A stretch of DNA of 64,000 bases from contig CBFFRQ010000043.1 in NCBI GenBank assembly GCA_965644315.1, positions 186,001 through 250,000 of the forward strand. Direction: 5' to 3'. Source of the stretch: Caecitellus pseudoparvulus. Taxonomy: Eukaryota > Protista > Bigyra: Bicosoecida. The translations under genes were made by a program, and so were the position numbers. Under the pieces are notes generated by a model. The model did no database searches, had not been told where the DNA came from, and worked only from the letters and a program-made list of their open reading frames with translations. This document shows, in pieces, positions 57,334-64,000 of the stretch (position 1 is the stretch's first letter; each line of letters begins with the position of its first letter).

Positions 57334-59407
57334 TCATTCCAACGACATGTTTCTCGGGGGCGTTGCGTCGCCGCGCGGGCGCTTTGTGCCGCGGGACCTT
57401 CCGCATCCCAGCACCGCCCCGCCGTCTCCGAGCACACCGGAAGCTTCGGCACCAGGCTCATGCTCAGACTCGGAACCTGAACCCGAGCCTGAATCCGATC
57501 CCTGGCCCGGGCAGGGGCCCAGCTCGGCACTGCCGTCAGTGCTGACCACGGGGTGCTGCGCAAGCGCTTGCTCGGCACGTGCGTGGGCCAGCTTCGAACG
57601 CTCACGGGCATCCCTCACAAGTGTAGCGCGGAAGGCCCGGGTGACGAAGCCCCATGTGGAGGCGCTGGCCTCCTCCCCGCGCAAGAAGGTCCACAATGGC
57701 CCGAGCACGGCGCCGATAGTGTACAGCTGGGCGGCGGAGAGCTTGTGCCACTGGCACGTGTAAGGGAACGGCGGTGTGCTGCGTGCAAAGCTGTACGCTT
57801 GGTCGCGCATCGTGTCCACCAGATGCACCGCAGCTTCATACAGCGCCCCCAGTGCCGCCGCTGTGACGACGTCCTGGCGCCTCACGGACACACCCGCGTC
57901 CTTGGCGAGCCCCCTGCGCAACTCCTGCTCCAAGGAGGCTGCCACGAGCGTGGCGCAGTCAAACGGGGCGTCCGGTGTGGCAAAGTCGCGCACCGCGGCA
58001 AAGCGCGCAGTTTGCCTGCGGCGCACCTCCTCCATCGAGAGCACGTTGCGCCCTCGATCCGCCCAAGTCAGGTAGCGCAGAGCATCCTGGGCAGCTTGCC
58101 CCGTGCCGTCCAAGCGCGAGCTGATGTCAAGGAATGCGTCGTGGGCCGGCTGCTTTCTGTGTCGCGTGCAGACCAGGACCTCCGCCTCCCTGGCGGGGCA
58201 CAGCACAGACACTGCCTCCATAAAGGCTTCGTTCTTGGACAGTGCGCTGGGTTGGAAGAGCCGCGACACTGCATCGCGCAGCTTCTTGCACGCCTCGCGC
58301 ACCTGCCCGGGGTCTGCCTGTCGCATCAGGTCTTTGGCGTCGTCCCAGGGATCAGCGCCATCTGCCAGCTGGATTGACAGCGCCTGTTCCAGTGCGTTGG
58401 GCATGCCGTGCATGAAGGCCAGAGGGAAGTCTAGCTCCGGCGTTTCAAGGTCGGCGTCCGCTATCAGCGTTTCGTAGACATCGTCAGGGGAGCCAAGTGG
58501 CCCTTCCGGTACCCGGAGGGCTGCGTTGGTGCACATGAGTGTGAGAGTAGTCGGCGGCACCCCCCACCCCGACCCTGCCTTTAATTGTGCAAACGTCCAC
58601 GAACCCTGTCCAGGGAGCCTCTGCCTGCCGATGGCGTCCATGTGATTGGACATGGACAGACGGCTGTACTGGACACTCGGAGAATTCCGACTGGACTTGC
58701 CGTTCTTGTCAAGTGTGCCCTGCAGCTCCCTGATCTGAGCTTGCATCTGGGCCCTCTCCTTCACACTGTACAGGTACAACACGTACAGTTGGTAGATCAG
58801 GGCCCGATCCAACGCCAAGCTCGCCTGTGCCGCCATCACCCTGTCGGATAGGCTTGGAGCCTCGAGGGCTGCCGCGTTGGGAACGCGGGGCAGGACGGCC
58901 GCGGCAAGGAAGCTCCTGGCCTCTCCACTGGAGTGGTCTGCTGCGGAAAGGGGGCATAGATCGCGTGTAAACTCAGGCGGTGTTGCGTTGAAGCCGCACG
59001 CCTCGACACGGGCAAAGGCTGGTGGGAACGCCATCCTAGTCTCGCGTTGGTATGTCACGCACCACCACCACCGGGCATGTCCAATTCATGCGGCGGCTTA
59101 GCAAGCTGGCCCAGCACTTCTGCGCGAAGGAACTCTTCTGCGGCGCGGGCAAGGACTGGGCGGTAAGCACTGGTGCTTTTGTGCGCGCGTGGTGGGGAAG
59201 CGTTTCACAGCGCAGCACACCATTTGCGCCGCTGGCGCCCGCCAACCACTCCTTGCGCTCCGGGATGGGCAAGGGCTTGCCCTTTTCAAAGGCAATCCTT
59301 TGAAGATGCGCATGCACGCCCTGGAACGCTCGCTTTGCAGAGTCATGCTCGGCGGCGGTGGCTTGAGGCACTGAGCTCGTGCTGACTTCGCTGCGTTGCT
59401 GAGCCAT
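57334..59407 (-). CDS. Transposon-borne protein of unknown function, ~628 aa; probable exons 59407-59221, 59155-59063, 58940-57334
   Basis: Long ORF 57334..59058 plus two phase-1 introns (GTGTGC..CAG 65 nt; GTGCGT..CAG 122 nt) linking to ATG 59407; helical, short coiled coil, Ser/Gly/acidic tail and KRPR motif. Confidence 0.65.
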
Positions 59408-59808
59408 GGTGTCTGGGTGGGGAGACGGGTGCTTGAGAGCTGAAGGTGGCCGAGAAGAGCAAGTGACTAACAGAGGGGGGGGGGGACTGGAATGTGCCTT
59501 TGCGCCTTGCTGGCTTACAGAGCAGCGTGAGGCACCCCCCCTCCCCCCTTGCACCCCCCTCTCAAGGGAAAACGCAGCAAGCTTCCTTGTATCCCTCGCG
59601 TTCCAGGCTTACAGGGGGACTTTTCACAAACGCTAGGGATCGAATGCACATCAACCACTAGCGCAGGTGTGCTTCTTGCCGCCGCGGTGGTGTTGGTTGC
59701 GTTGTGAAGTCCGGATTGGTGTGCCCCCTAGGCACGTTTCAGATACTGAAACGCAACTCGAGCTCTCCCTCCGGACCAGGCCCTGCCAAGCAGCATCCCA
59801 CACCCACG

Positions 59809-62800
59809 ATGTTCACGTGCACTGTGTGCAAGCGGACGTTCTCAACCCAATCAGGCTTGACCCGTCACTTTCAGAGGCAGTGCCAACAGGTGACCCACGC
59901 CAGAAGGAGAAAGCGTAGGCGCGAATTTGAGGCCAAGTTTGCGAAGCACTCTGAGGACGGGGGCAGCCCTGCGCCCGGCATCTGGGAGGATGTCTACGAG
60001 CATACACTTGCTTCACATCGGAAGCACCCGCGTGGGGACGCTGGGGCTGCGCAAGCACCTGTCCAGGAGGAGGCAGACAGCGAGAACTATGAGACCGAGG
60101 AAAGCGAGAGTGATGGGGCGGACGAGTTCGGGGCCGACGCCACGGAGACCCTGCCTGCTGGGCTTGCGGCCAGCGGGGGAGACGCTCAGGCGGGAGAGGC
60201 AGCGGGAGAGGCAGGCGAGCCGGCTGCTCTACCAGCCGACACTCACTCAGCCACTGAGGTGCTGCGGGCACGCGTGGGCTTGCTCTCGGAAGAGCTGGAG
60301 ACACTGAGGAAGAGGAACTCTGAGCTGGAGGCGATACTGACCACCGATGCGAGTGCCGCCTCGGTGTTCAAAGTGCAGCACGATCTCTGGTCGAAGTGCA
60401 TGGCAGACACAGCCAGCTGCAGCACTTGTCAGGCGAAGGTTCGAGCACGGAAGCCGATGCAGCCCCAGAGGAAGATGAAGCGCTTGGTCGAGACACTCAA
60501 GGGGTTGCCTGGCATCTGCATGCCGGGGGTGGTGCACGCCAATATGCCCGCCGGCGTGTGCGACCGGCGTGGAGTGCCACGTGCCACCTGGCCCATCCAC
60601 GGCGTGAAGCTGAAGGATTGGCTTGTCCACTCGCTGGCTCGGATACCTGTTGAGTGCTTGCCCGCCCGTCGGGCCACAAGGGGCGTCCCAGACCCCATGC
60701 ACACGTCGGGAATTGACACGCCCATGGGGACTGCGCTGGCGAGCAAGCTCGAGGCCGCCTTCGCAGACTGCGACGCGGTTGCGCGTGCAGCATTCCAAAG
60801 GCACCGGCCTGGGTTGAGCGACGACGAAACCCCCGCCTTGGCCGCTCCGTTCACGAAGCATGGCCGCTTTCAGGCACACACGATGGCAGGCGCCCAGGAA
60901 CCCCAAGACGGCACCGTGTCGTGTTTCGCTGAAAGCCCGTGTGCTCATGCGGCGTCACAGACAGCTCTGCAACACCGCGCCCTGCCGTTTGTCATCAACG
61001 TCTTCATGGACGAGGCTCACCCTTTCCGCCAACCGAAGACGGCCATCACGCCCCTGAGCGTCCGGCCCATGCAAGTTAGTGCCCGAGAGGCCCGAAGCCT
61101 GGGGTCAGCGGCAGTCCTTGCCTTCATGCCGCTGAAAGACATGGACTTCAAGGGGACCGCGGAGGAGGCGAAACGCGCCAAGTACAAGGCACACCAGGCC
61201 CAGCTCCGCGCTGTGCTGCTGGAGCCTCTTGCTGAGATCCACGCTCAGGGTGGCCTGTGGATCCCGGTAGCAGCCGACCAAGTCGGCGCTCTGCGGGACC
61301 TTGGCGTCGACGTCCTTGAGCCGGGGGCGGGGGTCGATGGGCCTTCGTTCGTTGCCCGTGTGTGGCCGCTCATCGGCGCCATCTGCGCCGACACGGCTGA
61401 GAGATGGATGCTACTCAATGCCGTTCACGGAAGACCCCCACGGTGCTCGTGCGCGCTGGCGTGGCGCAGCAAAGGCCAGCAAGAGCTGGCCGACGCCGTG
61501 CCCCTCGACATGGCCGAGACCGTGGCAGCGCTGGGGACTTGCACGCGGCGCTCGGCGTCCTTCCACGCCGACGCGCTGCGTGACGTGGCGTCTGCCGATC
61601 CGGTCGTGAAGGCGCGGGCGGAGGCCGACCTTGCCACGATCAGGTGGAAGGACGTCGAGGATATCTGCGACATTGAGCGCCATGCGACGCTGTTTGTGGG
61701 GGGCAATGGCTACGAGGCCTGCCCTGCAGACAGGCTGCATGTGCTGGGGAGCGGGGTGGTGGGGGACCGGACATGGGGTGCTTTGGAGCAGGGGATGCTC
61801 GCGCCTGGCCTCGGGGCGCAGGACGATCGCCAAGCGACCTTCATGCACCGCATGCAGCAGCCGCGTCCGCGCCGCATCGACGGCGTACAGGTTGTCGGCG
61901 CGGGGCGGGAGACGGCGGTCAAGCTGTCGGCCGGCAACGCCGTCACAGCAGAGGACAAGCTGGGGCTCACTCGGTGGCAGACGCTGATGATGGGCACGGA
62001 CGACGCCGTCGTGGGGCCGCCCAAGGTCCGCCAACTGCTGAACGCACTGCATGGGGCCGTGGGCGTGGTCCTGCGCTTCACGTACGGCAGGGCAGTGGCT
62101 GGGCGGGGTGACGCGTGCCGTCTGGCCCAGTGGATGGCCCGTGTGGCCACCGTGTTCCAGCTCGTCAGCAACGAGCTGCGCTCCCTTGGCCGGAAGGCTC
62201 TACCCCTCACGTATCCCAAGCTGCACATTGCGCTGCAGCTGGCGCTGGACATGCATTGGTACGGTAGCCTGGAGGCGGTGGATACCGACCACGGCGAGAC
62301 CATGCACACTCGAATCAACCGTGTGCTACGTACAGTGCACCGCGGGAAGCAGGGTGTCCTCTACAAGCTGGCGGAGAGAGTGTGCCTCGTGCAGGCCATG
62401 AGCTGCGCGCCGTACTGTCCACCGCCAGGCTACACTCCCTCCCCCGAGACCTGGTACAACCTATTGCATTCTCGCTCCCTGGTCGCCGGCGACTGTGCCG
62501 GGGCTGCTGCTGACCCAGGCGCTGAGGTGCCACTGAACTTGGTGGGCACGGCCATGCGGCCGATCGTGACGCGATTCAGGAGCGCTGATGAGCCACTGAC
62601 CTTCCCGCAGTCCTTCGTCGCAGGGGCGAGCGCCCTGGCGTGGTTGAGGGAGCGGCGGGTGGGGCCTTCGGGCAGGTTGTACAGGGTGCAACTAAAGCCT
62701 GACGACGTCGTGGATGGACAGGAAGCGGGACACCGCCCCCCCCTCACGCTCTGCACAGGCGTGAGGCTGCGGTACCCCTCTGGCAACACCAACTGGCTGC

Positions 62801-63183
62801 CATTGCCGGGGCCAGCCGACGTCATGTGCATCATCCACTGGGACGGCAAGCGGTTCATGGAGCGGACACTGGTGGACGTAGCCGTGGCCCTGGCGCCGCT
62901 GAGGGACGATGCACGCAGTTACCTGCCCGATGAGACCCTCCTCTTGTGTCGTCACCTGAAGCTGGGCCCTTCTGAGGTGCAGGGGTGGGCACGGGTAAAC
63001 CACTCGCCGGAGGACGAGGCGCAACCGTGGGTGCTGGTGACGGGGGGTGTGGTGGCTGGCCCGGCCGTTGTGCACGAAGCGCCTTGGATCGTGAAGGGCA
63101 CGCCAGGGGAAGCTTCTTACCGCTTCCACTGGGCGCTGCAGGGCCCCGTCGGCAAGCAGCGCAGCGCCAGCGAGGACGCGTGA
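59809..63183 (+). CDS. Plavaka-family transposase with N-terminal zinc finger, 1124 aa
   Basis: FTCTVCKRTFSTQSGLTRHFQRQC zinc finger; PFVINVFMDEA, AVLAFMP, HQAQLRAVLLEPL, PLIGAICADTAE, PADRLHVLGSGV, PKLH...YGSLEAVDTDHGETMH follow the Plavaka motif order (D..D..DxxH..E). Confidence 0.82.
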   Translation: MFTCTVCKRTFSTQSGLTRHFQRQCQQVTHARRRKRRREFEAKFAKHSEDGGSPAPGIWEDVYEHTLASHRKHPRGDAGAAQAPVQEEADSENYETEESESDGADEFGADATETLPAGLAASGGDAQAGEAAGEAGEPAALPADTHSATEVLRARVGLLSEELETLRKRNSELEAILTTDASAASVFKVQHDLWSKCMADTASCSTCQAKVRARKPMQPQRKMKRLVETLKGLPGICMPGVVHANMPAGVCDRRGVPRATWPIHGVKLKDWLVHSLARIPVECLPARRATRGVPDPMHTSGIDTPMGTALASKLEAAFADCDAVARAAFQRHRPGLSDDETPALAAPFTKHGRFQAHTMAGAQEPQDGTVSCFAESPCAHAASQTALQHRALPFVINVFMDEAHPFRQPKTAITPLSVRPMQVSAREARSLGSAAVLAFMPLKDMDFKGTAEEAKRAKYKAHQAQLRAVLLEPLAEIHAQGGLWIPVAADQVGALRDLGVDVLEPGAGVDGPSFVARVWPLIGAICADTAERWMLLNAVHGRPPRCSCALAWRSKGQQELADAVPLDMAETVAALGTCTRRSASFHADALRDVASADPVVKARAEADLATIRWKDVEDICDIERHATLFVGGNGYEACPADRLHVLGSGVVGDRTWGALEQGMLAPGLGAQDDRQATFMHRMQQPRPRRIDGVQVVGAGRETAVKLSAGNAVTAEDKLGLTRWQTLMMGTDDAVVGPPKVRQLLNALHGAVGVVLRFTYGRAVAGRGDACRLAQWMARVATVFQLVSNELRSLGRKALPLTYPKLHIALQLALDMHWYGSLEAVDTDHGETMHTRINRVLRTVHRGKQGVLYKLAERVCLVQAMSCAPYCPPPGYTPSPETWYNLLHSRSLVAGDCAGAAADPGAEVPLNLVGTAMRPIVTRFRSADEPLTFPQSFVAGASALAWLRERRVGPSGRLYRVQLKPDDVVDGQEAGHRPPLTLCTGVRLRYPSGNTNWLPLPGPADVMCIIHWDGKRFMERTLVDVAVALAPLRDDARSYLPDETLLLCRHLKLGPSEVQGWARVNHSPEDEAQPWVLVTGGVVAGPAVVHEAPWIVKGTPGEASYRFHWALQGPVGKQRSASEDA

Positions 63184-63744
63184 GACGGCTTCGCCACCCA
63201 GCCCAAGGCAGCCCAAGACAGCCCGTCAAGGGGGGTGCTGCATCGGACAAATGAATCGTGCATGGCGCTTAAAATGCAATGCAAAGGCGGTAAATCGCCT
63301 TCATATGCGCCAGCGCTGCGGTGCAAGGGAGTTGGCGCAGGCACTTTGCCGCCCGGCTGTGGAGGCGGAAATTGGCGCCCAAAATGGCCCACTTTGCGGC
63401 GTTCTCCTGCGCTATGCAAGGCGAACCATCACGCGCGAGTGCAATAATCTGAATCTAAGCATGAAACTTAGCCCCCTCTGTGACTTTCGCCAGAACGACC
63501 AGAAAATTTGATCAGTCTGCCTCCCTCGGCCCCCGACCCTGCCCTCCGTCGCCACCACGCCAATCCACCCCTTCCCATTGCGCGGCCCGCCGCGGCTCCC
63601 GCAGCGTGAAACGAGTTTGACACAAAGTACACATGAAATAGTGTCATTTTGACTTTTTCCAACTTCTGACGCGCCCGGGAAGGTGTGCCCACCCCCCCCG
63701 CACACGGGAACGAAGTGGTGTTGGAGGGGTGTACGGGGGGGACA

Positions 63745-63758
63745 GAAAATCTCTTGAC
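63745..63758 (-). repeat. Right terminal inverted repeat
   Basis: GAAAATCTCTTGAC; reverse complement GTCAAGAGATTTTC. Confidence 0.78.
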
Positions 63759-63803
63759 TGAAGCATGGAATTGCACTCTTGGTCCTTCTTGCTGACTCCA
63801 CAG

Positions 63804-64000
63804 ATTGCATATTTCTTTGTCAAGGCCATTGAAAGCCTTGGAAGCAGTGGCAAAGGGGTCTTGCTGACCGCACCAGAGGGTGCTGGCGTCTCAACATCGC
63901 TGCGTGCGCTGGAGGCTCTTGTTTGCATTGCTGGACATGGTGATGTGCTGTACTTGGACGACGCAAGTGTCCTTGCGCCGACCGCAAACAAGGAGGATCT
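63804..64000 (+). CDS. Partial exon with degenerate P-loop NTPase start; runs off the window
   Basis: Follows CTGAC..CCACAG acceptor; open frame IAYFFVKAIESLGSSGKGVLLTAPEGAGVSTSLRALEALVCIAGHGDVLYLDD. Confidence 0.45.
   Translation, partial: MAYFFVKAIESLGSSGKGVLLTAPEGAGVSTSLRALEALVCIAGHGDVLYLDDASVLAPTANKED

Larger units (their letters stand above)
55519..63760 (+). mobile_element. ~8.24-kb Plavaka-type DNA transposon with short TIRs, transposase and divergent second gene
   Basis: Inverted termini GTCATGAGATTTTC (55521-55534) and GAAAATCTCTTGAC (63745-63758), 13/14 match; host exon homology ends at the left terminus; Plavaka-type transposase inside. Confidence 0.8.

Noticed and set aside
1-64000. 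tRNA, rRNA, LTR or telomeric repeats
   Set aside because: None recognised by eye; tRNAscan-SE and Infernal would be needed to exclude small RNAs.

Overview
GC-rich, gene-dense eukaryotic (protist) genomic DNA with short spliceosomal introns (about 60-160 nt, mostly GTGCGT...CAG), so many real genes are split across ORFs of the supplied track. A heterotrophic stramenopile is my guess from domain content only. Bases 1-48.9 kb are a tightly packed core block: SLC52 riboflavin transporter, a ~1620-aa GH47 mannosidase with a Cys-rich N-terminal domain, an 8-exon ammonium transporter with an 8-nt micro-exon, STN1, an FBXO15-like protein, GPN3, exportin-4, a kelch protein, a single-chain cNMP-regulated AGC kinase with a (PRRGDMAM)x8 minisatellite, a ~4720-aa myosin with ~24 degenerate tail repeats and a MyTH4 domain, a 4-TM protein, a TauD dioxygenase, a small Cys-rich protein, an LLPH-like protein, a chondroitin-synthase-like glycosyltransferase and an acyl-protein thioesterase. 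Bases 48.9-64 kb are an accessory block, visibly less GC-rich over 48.9-55.5 kb. It holds two divergent paralogues of an unrecognised family built from one-exon-one-repeat (~147 aa) modules behind a mitochondrial-type presequence. One paralogue is interrupted by an apparently complete ~8.24-kb DNA transposon (55519-63760) with short terminal inverted repeats, a Plavaka-type transposase and a divergent spliced second gene of unknown function. All coordinates were counted by hand and no database search was run.
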